Shown here in pieces: positions 29,434 to 39,678 of a stretch of 64,000 nucleotides of DNA. The notes beneath the pieces were generated by a model. It was given only the letters and a program-made list of their open reading frames with translations, made no database searches and had not been told where the DNA came from. The stretch's first letter is position 1. Each line of letters starts with the position of its first letter. The translations under genes were made by a program, and so were the position numbers. This DNA comes from a virus. Taxonomy: Duplodnaviria; Caudoviricetes. The DNA lies in the IMG/VR virus record IMGVR_UViG_3300028797_000128, positions 1 to 64,000 of that record. One strand, 5' to 3'.

Positions 29434-29437
29434 AACA

Positions 29438-29731
29438 TTAACCTCCTATAACTTTCCGTTTGCGGATTATACCGTTTTCTTCTAACTGATATAAAAACCA
29501 TCTTTCACAATGATCTACCATTTCTTTTTTACTCTTATAAAATTTATCGCTCCATTTTCCATTCCCTTGATAACGTTTTTCCTTACAGTAAACAGCTTTA
29601 ATCGCTGTTCTGTATTCATCTATCAACTCAACTTCCATCTCAATATCTGTAGTATCAGTAATTGCTCTATAACGATTTTCCGCTGTCTGCATTATGGTAA
29701 TACCACCATTTTCATATACCGTATTATTCAT
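29438..29731 (-). CDS. hypothetical early protein
   Basis: RBS, tandem operon. Confidence 0.65.
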   Translation of the reverse strand: MNNTVYENGGITIMQTAENRYRAITDTTDIEMEVELIDEYRTAIKAVYCKEKRYQGNGKWSDKFYKSKKEMVDHCERWFLYQLEENGIIRKRKVIGG

Positions 29732-29743
29732 AATTATACCTCC

Positions 29744-30016
29744 TTAAAACTTTGGATTTTCCTCTGTGTTTTCTCTCCAGCCTATTGGCTTATATCCTAC
29801 TCCTAACAGATATACATGATACATCTCACATAAAATTTCCCATCTCTGCCTGTATGTACCTATAAGAAGTCCTCTGTAATTGCACCATGAATCCATCTGA
29901 TCCACAAATGTTTTGCGTTCATAGTCTGTTAATTTTTCCCATGTCCATGAATTAAATGTCATTTCAAACCAATCTGTGTATGCGTTTTCCTTCGCCTGTA
30001 CCTTTGTATTATTCAT
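29744..30016 (-). CDS. hypothetical early protein
   Basis: RBS, tandem operon. Confidence 0.65.
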   Translation of the reverse strand: MNNTKVQAKENAYTDWFEMTFNSWTWEKLTDYERKTFVDQMDSWCNYRGLLIGTYRQRWEILCEMYHVYLLGVGYKPIGWRENTEENPKF

Positions 30017-30149
30017 ATTGACCTCCTTACCTTCCGGCTGTATTGATTTTCCGTTTAAGCGTATGTATTTGCCTATAAGCTCTGACCATTATAGGCAATT
30101 AGCTGCGCTTAACACCTCACTTTTCCGACTGATAGAACAGTCATTTTAT

Positions 30150-30617
30150 TTACTTGAATATCGGAAAGTTGTCTGCATTTTCCATATCAAAGAAATTGTA
30201 GGCTTCTTCCTTGCTAATTTCCAACACATCACTTACCATGTCATAACCTAAATTGTTCATATCCTCTTTGCAGAAAATTTCCGCTTCTTCATATGAAGGC
30301 TCTCTTTCCGCTAAGATACAGATACTATATCTATCGGGTGTACAGATAAAGCTCTCATCCTCAATTTCTGCTCTATGAGCAAATTCAATTTCATAGTATT
30401 TCATATTTCCAGCCTCCCATTCATCAATCTTTGTCAATTCCATTATGTTTTCACATATCCCGTCAATCTTACTGTCTCGAATTTCCAAACAGTCAATAAA
30501 CGTCTTTAACATTTCCGTATTGTTTGTTGCCTGTAATGTATGAAGAAGATCGGTTGCATCAGTATAAGCAATAGCCTTCTTCAATTTTCCTGTATCAACT
30601 ACAAATAACATATTCAT
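30150..30617 (-). CDS. acidic hypothetical early protein
   Basis: RBS, tandem operon. Confidence 0.7.
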   Translation of the reverse strand: MNMLFVVDTGKLKKAIAYTDATDLLHTLQATNNTEMLKTFIDCLEIRDSKIDGICENIMELTKIDEWEAGNMKYYEIEFAHRAEIEDESFICTPDRYSICILAEREPSYEEAEIFCKEDMNNLGYDMVSDVLEISKEEAYNFFDMENADNFPIFK

Positions 30618-30623
30618 TCCTCC

Positions 30624-30881
30624 TTATTCCTCAAACTTTATCGGGCAAGTTATTTTCCAGCCTATGCCTTCGGGCTGCACATCAAACTTGTATTTCCTAT
30701 AAAAGTCTGCTACATTCTGACATATAGTCGTTATTGTTTTTCCAAAACAACATTTTGAAAAGCTCTCAAACACTTCATTCAATTCATAATGACTTGTTAA
30801 AGGCTTTTCAAGTTGTCCGCTTCGGCTTTCCATCATACGTTCAATAGAGTTTGCTGCTCTTAAAGCATCTTGTTTAGTCAT
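30624..30881 (-). CDS. hypothetical early protein
   Basis: RBS, tandem operon. Confidence 0.65.
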   Translation of the reverse strand: MTKQDALRAANSIERMMESRSGQLEKPLTSHYELNEVFESFSKCCFGKTITTICQNVADFYRKYKFDVQPEGIGWKITCPIKFEE

Positions 30882-31081
30882 AATTTTTCCTCCTTATTCA
30901 GCGTAAATATAGATTGATATAATCTTGTAGTGATTGCCTGTTAAACATTCCTGATAGACTTTTCCAAGAATAAACTCTTGATCCGTGTCCTCTGCAAATG
31001 TCAATCCCTGAAGAATACCGTCAAGAAATTTCCGTGTTACTCTGTATTTCATAGTTTCGACCTCCTGTTAAAATACACTTT

Positions 31082-31417
31082 TTATTGGTTTATAATTTCC
31101 CATACAAGCGGCTGCATTGTATGTTCTTGTTGCGGTGTGAGAACTGCGTACTTTGTTGACTTCTGAAATACTTTGTCAAGGTCAAGTACATCACATTTCC
31201 GTAACTTCCCGCTGTCTTTCATTTTTCCGTCTGCCTTTATAGAAAACTTGACCATGCTGTGCGCCGATCCAGTATATCTATAACACCATCCGCCTGACTT
31301 ATTGGCAAGGTAAAGCAGATTTCCGCCTGAAATAAATCTGTATAAACCGTCTTTGTCTGTCTCTCCGCCTCTGCAATAGTTGTCTTTCAGAATTTCCAAA
31401 CAGTCACGATAATTCAT
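31082..31417 (-). CDS. hypothetical early protein
   Basis: RBS, tandem operon. Confidence 0.65.
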   Translation of the reverse strand: MNYRDCLEILKDNYCRGGETDKDGLYRFISGGNLLYLANKSGGWCYRYTGSAHSMVKFSIKADGKMKDSGKLRKCDVLDLDKVFQKSTKYAVLTPQQEHTMQPLVWEIINQ

Positions 31418-31429
31418 GCTTCCGCCTCC

Positions 31430-31951
31430 TTAATCCGCATAAGAATCAATGTCGTTTCCGTCGCTGTCTCTCAGGATGGCTTCACCATCAAAACACAACT
31501 CTATGCCATTTTCAAAACAGATCGCCTGTAAAAGATTATATACGTCCTCTGCGCTGTCGCTCATTGCCTTGAAATAGATATGTGCGTTTCCGATATAGAG
31601 TTCATTTCTGACTGCTTTTCCTTTGAGATTTTCCCACAATTCCAGCATTGCAGCCTTAAACTCTTTCATATCATTCAGGATATCTTCAAGATCATTCGGC
31701 GCTCCGTTCTTGCCGTGTCCTGTGTTGTCTATCCAAAGCGAAGCCTCCTCTGATACGTCGTAAGTGTCGTACTGCTCATATATGCGGCGTAAGAATAAGT
31801 CGTAATCTTCCGTCAATGTGATGTTCATATGGCAGTCCTGACCATAGTTTGTGCAATACTGAAAGTCTGCGCTGTCGTCGTCAATTGATACGTCCCAGCC
31901 TAAACTCTCAGCAATTTCCGTTACCTTTTCCATGTAGTTATACATAGTCAT
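31430..31951 (-). CDS. acidic hypothetical early protein
   Basis: RBS; GHGKNGAP motif. Confidence 0.75.
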   Translation of the reverse strand: MTMYNYMEKVTEIAESLGWDVSIDDDSADFQYCTNYGQDCHMNITLTEDYDLFLRRIYEQYDTYDVSEEASLWIDNTGHGKNGAPNDLEDILNDMKEFKAAMLELWENLKGKAVRNELYIGNAHIYFKAMSDSAEDVYNLLQAICFENGIELCFDGEAILRDSDGNDIDSYAD

Positions 31952-32280
31952 GCCTCCTTATATAATGCCGTTATCCCTGAATTCGGTGAGAAGTCCGTAC
32001 CTTTTGCCGATAGCTTCAAAGTGGTGCTGAATTTCCACAAGCTCACTATAACTATAATTATGATCGGCAAATGTAAGCTGATATTCCATAGCTTCCTGTC
32101 GGGCTTTTCCCTTTGCGGTCTGGTAGTTGTTCATGCCGTCGCCTCCTTAATTGCTCCATGAGATATAATTGGTTCTGATATATTCGTGCTTGTCTCCGTT
32201 GGCTACAATATAGGCTATTGCAGCATTCAGTTCTGCTTCATCCTCTGCATTGGTATAGCAGTTTTCCAGTATCTTCTGTA

Positions 32281-32517
32281 TCATGCCTTGTCCTCCTTTA
32301 ATGGCTCATAATATTTGATACTTGCCTTTATAGCCTCAGTCTCGGTCATTCCTCTAACTGAGCCTGTATCTGAGATATTAGAATGTATAGATATTCCCAT
32401 GCCTGTGCTGCCGTCCTCTATCCATGCAATGCCTGTAACATCATCACGATAAAGGTCTGTATACTCATTGATTTCTCTTATAAGCTTTTTCATAACTTTC
32501 CCTCCTGTAAAATACAC
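32281..32517 (-). CDS. hypothetical early protein
   Basis: RBS before MKKLIRE (start likely 32493). Confidence 0.55.
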   Translation of the reverse strand: MYFTGGKVMKKLIREINEYTDLYRDDVTGIAWIEDGSTGMGISIHSNISDTGSVRGMTETEAIKASIKYYEPLKEDKA

Positions 32518-32654
32518 TTTTCATTCATTTGTTTTCTTGTGAAGTGATATAATATACAAGGTTTTTCCTTGTGATTATAGTATACCACACATTTGTTATC
32601 TTGTCAAGTATAGGTTCTGCACAAATTTCCAGTAGAAAACTTGTGCAGAATTTG

Positions 32655-33191
32655 TTACCAATTTTCCCTTGCCTTTTCCTCAGCTTCAATAAATTCCTGT
32701 TCTTCTTCAAATCTGTTTAAAATTTCCTCGGCTCTATCTGCATAATCCGATCTCATATCGTCAATACATTCTTCATATGCTGCCTGTAATTTTTCCATAT
32801 ACTCATCATTAGCCTTGAAAAATTCCCTTGCCTCATAATAGTCAAGCTCAAAGTCCTCGGCTTCATCCTCATCAAGCTTAAGTCTCTCAATCACTTTTTC
32901 TCTGAGTTCATCAAGCGGAATTTCCGCATACTCGGCAAGCTCCTCAACAGACTGATACCGTGACCACATATCCCCGTCATAATGTTCTTTGTCGGTATAG
33001 ATGGTATAATGATCGTCATTTAACCATGAATTTCCGCCTACATTTGCGAATGTATCAAGCTCCGCCGTCTGATTTTCCGAATCATAATATAGATATACGT
33101 CTGTTGGATAGCGTGTGTTAGCTTCTTTGTCAAACTGCATTAACATTTCTGTAAGCTGTTCAACTATTTCTTCACGATTTGTAATTGTCAT
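32655..33191 (-). CDS. very acidic hypothetical early protein
   Basis: RBS AAGGAGG, D/E rich. Confidence 0.75.
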   Translation of the reverse strand: MTITNREEIVEQLTEMLMQFDKEANTRYPTDVYLYYDSENQTAELDTFANVGGNSWLNDDHYTIYTDKEHYDGDMWSRYQSVEELAEYAEIPLDELREKVIERLKLDEDEAEDFELDYYEAREFFKANDEYMEKLQAAYEECIDDMRSDYADRAEEILNRFEEEQEFIEAEEKARENW

Positions 33192-33614
33192 AAGAATACC
33201 TCCTTTAATTTTCCGGTTTGCTTATAGTTTCATATTATCACATATCAGCTATAAAGTCAATATGTTTTCTGTGATTATATTATATCACACATTAGTTGTT
33301 TTGTCAATGATTTTCCGAAAAGTTTTTATTTTAATTATCATTGCAATAGTTTTTCCCTTCCATGAGTTGACAAAATATTTTTGCGTAACTGTCATATTCA
33401 AGGCTATTATTGCAATTTTCCATTGCATTATAAAAGCGTTGTATAGCTTCTGATCGGTTTGTAAAGTGCTGCCTCATTCCAAAACAGCAAACTGTTGCAT
33501 ACAGTCTTTTGCATTATCGCCTGTTATCACTTCTGTTACACGCTGCGAATTAATTGTTATTTTTCCGTTTAGGTTTTTCCAGTAAGCTATTGTTATTTTC
33601 ATAATTACGCCTCC

Positions 33615-34079
33615 TTATATACAGAAATTCCAATATCTGAAAAATGGATTTTCACAACTAATTGCAAAATGCGGTTTATTCATTTTGTGATCCTTATAGT
33701 ATTTTTCCGCTACATCATAATAGCTGCGTAACATTTCCGATAAAGTCATTTCATACTGTTTTAAAGGTTTTTCCTGATATGTGAAAATATCCCTTGACCA
33801 TAGTGTAAAGGTATATGTTTTTCTGTCTGTTATATCAATTAAATCTGAAGTGCTGCGAAAATATCCGTCATTGCCTATAATGTAAAATTCGTCTGATTCG
33901 TCAAAAATTTCCATCAATAGCCATTCAAGCTCTTTTTTGTTTGCCTTAATAGCGGATGATCCAAAGTTAGTATAGTTAAAGAAATTTCCGTTTTTAACTA
34001 TAGAAGTGTGCATTTGACCAACTTTTTTGACTGAATATCCGTCATTTAACCATCTGAAAATACGTTCAACTTTATTCAT
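33615..34079 (-). CDS. hypothetical early protein
   Basis: RBS AAGGAGG. Confidence 0.7.
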   Translation of the reverse strand: MNKVERIFRWLNDGYSVKKVGQMHTSIVKNGNFFNYTNFGSSAIKANKKELEWLLMEIFDESDEFYIIGNDGYFRSTSDLIDITDRKTYTFTLWSRDIFTYQEKPLKQYEMTLSEMLRSYYDVAEKYYKDHKMNKPHFAISCENPFFRYWNFCI

Positions 34080-34168
34080 AATATAGCCTCCTTAAAATTG
34101 TTGTTGGTGAATAAGCCTATATTTATAGGCTTGAAATTTCCAGTCAAGCCCATAGTATATAGGTTTAT

Positions 34169-34378
34169 TCAAAGTGTTTTTGCATAGGCTTTCGCCTCTT
34201 TTAGAGTCTTAAAGCAATCCAAATTATCCCCTTCAAATTCATCAACAGAATACACCACACTATTAGGTATCTTTTTTCCGTCATAGTCTGATACAAGATA
34301 AGATTTTGTGATGATTAAAGGATCGGCAAAATTTTTGTTGTCAACAGTCCATGTTTTTTCGATAATTATTTTACTCAT
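34169..34378 (-). CDS. hypothetical early protein
   Basis: FKTLKEAK motif, RBS. Confidence 0.65.
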   Translation of the reverse strand: MSKIIIEKTWTVDNKNFADPLIITKSYLVSDYDGKKIPNSVVYSVDEFEGDNLDCFKTLKEAKAYAKTL

Positions 34379-34391
34379 AATTTTCCCTCCT

Positions 34392-34628
34392 TTAAAAGCT
34401 CCATCTTTTTTCCCATATTAAACCGCCGTCATAGTCTCCAATACAGCGATATTTATACAGATCATTTCCGTATTTGTCAATAGCTGTTGAGTCACACCAC
34501 CACATTATATTATGCAGTATGCCTCTTGTAGTGTGCTTTTTTCCTGTCTTTTCAGTGCGATATCTTGCATCCCTAAAAGCTGCATATCTGATATCATGTG
34601 ATATTTTCTTGTATTCCGCTTTATTCAT
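34392..34628 (-). CDS. hypothetical early protein
   Basis: RBS. Confidence 0.65.
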   Translation of the reverse strand: MNKAEYKKISHDIRYAAFRDARYRTEKTGKKHTTRGILHNIMWWCDSTAIDKYGNDLYKYRCIGDYDGGLIWEKRWSF

Positions 34629-34900
34629 AGTTTAGCCTCCTTTAAATTTTCCGTTATTGGTTTATATGCCTGTATGGAATAGGGCTTTTAATTAGCTGTA
34701 AAAACCCTTTAGAAAACAGCTTTAAACTTTGATTTTATTTTACTTTTCCCATATCCAGTTTATTTTGTCAACTGTAAAATAATTCAGTAAAAACGATTGA
34801 ATATAATATATTTTATCGTCATAGCTAATTTTGTCCGACTGCATTATTTTTTCAATAACGCTGCATTTTTCCTGATTAGTCATAACATCAAACCTCCATT

Positions 34901-35161
34901 TTATAATAATTTAAGATTCAATATTTTTCCCGTTTCTTCATCGGCTGCAAGATCGCATCCGCAAAACGGACAATATTTGATATGAATAGTTTTATATGTT
35001 TTTTGTCCGTTCAATTTGCATCCGGTCACAACGTCAATAAATGTGCTTACATCGTGGCGGCGTACCATTGCAATTTCCTGTTTATGTTCTGTTGTGTATT
35101 TGTCCGCGTCTGCACACTGATGCACAACAGTTTCCTCAAAATCATTATGCCTATACATCAT
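34901..35161 (-). CDS. hypothetical Zn-binding protein
   Basis: IKYCPFCG. Confidence 0.65.
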   Translation of the reverse strand: MMYRHNDFEETVVHQCADADKYTTEHKQEIAMVRRHDVSTFIDVVTGCKLNGQKTYKTIHIKYCPFCGCDLAADEETGKILNLKLL

Positions 35162-35270
35162 AATATATAACCTCCAAAAGATATATTTACAGATTCAGCG
35201 GGCTTGTGACCGCCTCCGGCTGCATTACCGCGGGAAAAATCCCGCGTCACTCTGCATTGAAATTTGAATT

Positions 35271-35636
35271 TTATTTGCTGAATTTGAAAGTTGTCACGCT
35301 TTTTACTGCTCCGTCGGGGCGTACACTTGTAACTCTTGTGGGAATATATCCGCAATATGTGTATGATTTGCCCGTAACTTTCACACCCAACCATGCACCA
35401 ATCCATGTCATGTGATTTAAGAACTGCTCCGCTGTTATCTCTGTTGTATCACTTTCAACGGGCTTTTTGCTCCAATTGCCGCCCGTTGTTTTGTGGTATA
35501 ATTCATGTGTTTGTGTAATCGTTCCGCCCGATTCACAAAAGCCTATGATTGATTCTATGCGGATATTGTACTTGCTAAAAGTTTTTGCATACTGTTTGTA
35601 CTGCTCAAAAAGAGCTAAAACCTGATTATTATTCAT
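35271..35636 (-). CDS. hypothetical early protein
   Basis: RBS. Confidence 0.7.
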   Translation of the reverse strand: MNNNQVLALFEQYKQYAKTFSKYNIRIESIIGFCESGGTITQTHELYHKTTGGNWSKKPVESDTTEITAEQFLNHMTWIGAWLGVKVTGKSYTYCGYIPTRVTSVRPDGAVKSVTTFKFSK

Positions 35637-35729
35637 AAAATAGCCTCCTTTAAAATATTAATTTGATTTGTTTTTGCCTATGTGGAATAGGGCTTTTTTT
35701 GCGGAAAACCCTTTAGAAAACCGCTGCTT

Positions 35730-36035
35730 TTATCGGTCATACTCTACAATGTAAAGATATCCGAATCCATCTTTTTCACCGAAAAAATCAAATTCCATAA
35801 TAAAATTGTAGTTGTCTCTTAAGAATATTTGATGTTCATAAGGCTGCATTTTGCATATTTCTGTTGATGTTCTGCTGTTGCTTTTTTGAATCGGATTCAC
35901 AAACTGTTCAAATGAATCCATCCACATATCAAGAGAAATGCCGTGCTTTTCGCAGAACTTTTCACAGTGTTTGTAAAATGCCTCTACGTTCTTAAAATGA
36001 CGGTTTGTCTCTATTTCGTATAACTTCTTTTTCAT
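35730..36035 (-). CDS. hypothetical early protein
   Basis: RBS. Confidence 0.7.
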   Translation of the reverse strand: MKKKLYEIETNRHFKNVEAFYKHCEKFCEKHGISLDMWMDSFEQFVNPIQKSNSRTSTEICKMQPYEHQIFLRDNYNFIMEFDFFGEKDGFGYLYIVEYDR

Positions 36036-36568
36036 AGTGAATCCTCCTTAAAATTATTGTTTAATGGTTTGTTTTCGTTTGGTGCTTTTATCGGTATCAT
36101 TGCAACCGATTCAAGCATATTCAAGCGGTCAACTGTATGAGTCAACCGCTTGACATTTACCGCTTTTTGCGGTATACTTGTTATGTATCTTATTGCATTC
36201 TCGATATATAGGATTCACTTGCCTTTATGTTATTCCGCTTTCGGCGTATTTATTATCGCCCTACTTGCGGCATATAGGATTAAATCCCCCGCGTTGCGTT
36301 GTTTTACGCGGTTTGAGTCTCCCGTGGTTATTGAGGCATAAAAAAAGCCCCTCAGGGAGTCACCTCCTCAGAAGGTTCGACGGGTTGAGTTACGCGCCCC
36401 CGTGATAGCGGTCTGCCATTGCTCTTGCTGTGATTATATAATACCACATCATTTTTGATTTGTCAACAGCTTTTTTGATACTTTGTATATATGCATAAAA
36501 CAACCACATCATTTTTGCTGTGGTTAGTGCAGCTTATACAGAAATACATCATTTTGGAGGTTTACAAA

Positions 36569-36805
36569 ATGTTTAATACAAGTAAAATTATACGAAAATT
36601 AATGATAGATCGTGATATATCGGTCACGCCTTTAGCCCGTAAGATCGGCATAACTCAACAGAATCTATCACGAAAATTAAATAATGTCAATGAATCGTAT
36701 ACCCTTGAATATCTTGAAAATGTTGTCAAGGGTATGAATTGCCATATACAAGTAAATATTATTGATTCAGATACAAATGATATCTTGTATACCTTAACTG
36801 ATTGA
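36569..36805 (+). CDS. XRE HTH regulator
   Basis: LARKIGITQQNLSRKL; RBS GGAGG. Confidence 0.8.
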   Translation: MFNTSKIIRKLMIDRDISVTPLARKIGITQQNLSRKLNNVNESYTLEYLENVVKGMNCHIQVNIIDSDTNDILYTLTD

Positions 36806-37694
36806 CCAGTACAATATAATTTATCGTTATTCAATAATTTATTATTGTTTTGCATATTATACAGCGTATAGCATTCTATTTTGCGTTTAAATGCCTTTTT
36901 TTGACGTTCTATCAATTCATAGTTAATACTATATATAGTGCAATGCGATATCAGAATAACGGAAAATAGGCGTATAATGTGAGATGTGATACTATATGTT
37001 GTGTTTTTGTTGCATTTGCAACACTTTTTTCAATTTTGCGAACTGTTAATATCATAATGATAATATCAAATTGATAATAACATTGATTCAGGAGCTTGTA
37101 ACCATTAAAGAAATATTAATAAAATAAGAATTTAAACAATTGCATTTGGACAAAACGATTGTTTGGCTATATATAGCAGTTTTTGCCGTATCCGTGACGG
37201 GGCTATATTTACATTTTCAAGGCGGATCGAGGCAGCCCCGGCAGGCACAGGTGATGAATCGCACTGTCCGTTAATTTTTTAAAGTCTGCGAAATTTATGC
37301 CATTTTTCATCGCTGTCATTTTCGGACAAATCCCCGTAAATAGCCATTAAGAGATAATGCAAATCCCAACATTTTTAGACCAAAACCAACCAAAATCCCC
37401 ACTTCTCTGCAAAATATGGGGCTTTGGGACGAATGGGGAGTTTTGCGGACTTTTTTATTAGTACGGACTACTCTAATTCTCACCACTACAATAAGAGTAG
37501 GGCAACTATTATTAAGAAAAATAAATATTTTTTATTAGAGGCTTCCGAAGAAGTTGTGGCTACTGTAAGAGTAGGAGTTACTCTCTGTCTTGTCAGCTCC
37601 TAACGCAATGCCGTTGCTTACGCAACGTCACCGCCCCAATCATGGGGCTTTGCTTTTTCGCCTTACGGCGAAGAAAATTTTTTCTTTTAAAGGC

Positions 37695-37723
37695 TTGACA
37701 AATCAAGAGATTAGTGTTATAAT
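37695..37723 (+). promoter_or_regulatory. sigmaA promoter, conserved phage class
   Basis: TTGACAAATCAAGAGATTAGTGTTATAAT. Confidence 0.85.
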
Positions 37724-37748
37724 ATAATTGCAGAGTAAGAAATGAGAA

Positions 37749-37940
37749 TTTTAACACGTTTTCATATGATATTCTTTTAAAGGGTTAGGGGTGATAAACG
37801 GCTATAAATCGGCAAAAAAAATTAATTTTAACACGTTTGTTGCGCATAAATGCGCCAGCGCGAAAAGGTGTTAAAATCCATACAAGGCTATATATCGGCA
37901 TTTGTGGGCTTAACACGTTGGCAACACTCAAAGGTGTTAG
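37749..37940. repeat. five TAACAC(G/C)TT iteron-like repeats
   Basis: 37749, 37826, 37910 direct; 37864, 37930 inverted. Confidence 0.75.
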
Positions 37941-37952
37941 AAGGGAGAGTTT

Positions 37953-39200
37953 ATGGAATACACCTGCAAGGTTCATGTGGTGGATATGATAATGGGGTCT
38001 GGAAAGAGTTCCGCTGCTATTAACTACATGAATCGCAACAAAGGAAAGAAGTTTTTATTTATCACACCGTTTCTGACTGAGGTGGAGCGAGTGACACAAT
38101 CGTGTCCCGACTTACACTTTGTTCAGCCAGAAGCAAAGAATGGGCGGGGCAAACTGAGGAACATCAAAACGCTTTTATCTAAGGGCTTCAACATTGTGAG
38201 CACTCATGCCCTATTCCGATTATTCACGACGGAGATTATAGACATTTGCAGAGCAAAGAATTATACGCTCATAATGGATGAGGTGTCGGATGTGGTTGAG
38301 CCATACGAGGTGACGGATGACGATATGGAAATCATACTGCGTGATCTTGCTTATATAGATGAGGAGAGTAATCTGCTAAGATGGCGAGAAGATAAGCTCG
38401 ACTATAAAGGCAAGTACAACGATATTAAAGAAAAAGTCAGTATGCAGTCTTTGGCAATGTACGGGCGAAGTAGAAAAGATATTGTGCTGTGGCTTATGCC
38501 TGTGCAGAGTTTTAATGCATTTAAGGAAGTGTTTATTCTCACCTACTTATTTGAGGGGCAGATACAAAGATACTATTACGACTTCTTTCAGCTCCCGTAT
38601 GATTATCTTTATGTTAAGGGCAATACACTTGCGGAGTATGAGTTTACTCGTGAGGAACAAGCTCAAAGAATCAAGTATGATTATGAGAGCCTAATACATA
38701 TATGTGACAATAAGAAACTCAATCAGATTGGCGATTTGAAATCCGACTTGTCAAAGAACTGGTTTCAGCGCAACCGGGACAATAAAGTTGTGATTCCTCA
38801 GTTGCAAAAGAACATCTTTAATTTCTTTCACAACATTCAAAAGTCATCCGTTAATAATAATATATGGACTACGTTCAAAGATTATCAGAAACAGCTATCA
38901 GGTAAGGGTTATGCTAAAGGTTTCTTACCAAGCAATAGCAGAGCCACTAACGCCTATAAGGACAGAACGTGTGTGGCATATTGCTTGAATAAGTACATTA
39001 ATGCTGTGGTTAAGACCTTCTTTGATAGTAAGGGAATACAGACCGATGAAGATACTTACGCTGTTTCGGAAATGCTTCAATTTATTTGGAGATCGGCAAT
39101 ACGAGAGGGCAACGAGATTTGGGTGTATATCCCCAGTTCAAGGATGAGAGAATTATTAATTAAGTGGATTGCAGAGAATCCAATGAGTAAAGGAGAATAA
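37953..39200 (+). CDS. SF2 helicase-like protein (SPbeta YonV-like)
   Basis: MGSGKS, IMDEV, QFIWRSAIR. Confidence 0.8.
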   Translation: MEYTCKVHVVDMIMGSGKSSAAINYMNRNKGKKFLFITPFLTEVERVTQSCPDLHFVQPEAKNGRGKLRNIKTLLSKGFNIVSTHALFRLFTTEIIDICRAKNYTLIMDEVSDVVEPYEVTDDDMEIILRDLAYIDEESNLLRWREDKLDYKGKYNDIKEKVSMQSLAMYGRSRKDIVLWLMPVQSFNAFKEVFILTYLFEGQIQRYYYDFFQLPYDYLYVKGNTLAEYEFTREEQAQRIKYDYESLIHICDNKKLNQIGDLKSDLSKNWFQRNRDNKVVIPQLQKNIFNFFHNIQKSSVNNNIWTTFKDYQKQLSGKGYAKGFLPSNSRATNAYKDRTCVAYCLNKYINAVVKTFFDSKGIQTDEDTYAVSEMLQFIWRSAIREGNEIWVYIPSSRMRELLIKWIAENPMSKGE

Positions 39201-39203
39201 AAA

Positions 39204-39446
39204 ATGAATGGAGATCACTTTAAAATGTTCTTTAACGATTTGACCTTTCATACGTTTTATTTTAGCGAAAAGAATTATAAATGGCGTTATAATTGGGTAG
39301 GAGATAAAATTAAACTTTATTATGGTCGCAATTTATATTGTACAATTCAAATTATAAATGAATCTAAAATATATCTGGACAAAGAATTATCTGAATATGA
39401 TGATTGGTTTGCGGAAGTTTTTAAAAAATATTTCAAAAACTCTTGA
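39204..39446 (+). CDS. hypothetical protein
   Basis: AT-rich ORF with RBS. Confidence 0.55.
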   Translation: MNGDHFKMFFNDLTFHTFYFSEKNYKWRYNWVGDKIKLYYGRNLYCTIQIINESKIYLDKELSEYDDWFAEVFKKYFKNS

Positions 39447-39471
39447 CAAGTCTATAAATTAGTGCTATAAT
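39443..39471 (+). promoter_or_regulatory. sigmaA promoter, conserved phage class
   Basis: TTGACA-17-TATAAT with ATTAGTG. Confidence 0.8.
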
Positions 39472-39678
39472 ATAATCAGAAAAGGGGATATTCCTTTCAT
39501 ATCCCCTCACAAAGCAACAAATTATAGATAAGGTGATGAAAACAGTGGATGACTACATAGCTTACAGGCAGACGATCTTAGCTCCGTGTGACGACGTATA
39601 CACGGATAATATACAGAGCGACTACGACGCTTGCGACACCTATCAAGGCTGTCGAGCGTGGTATGAATATCAAGAATT

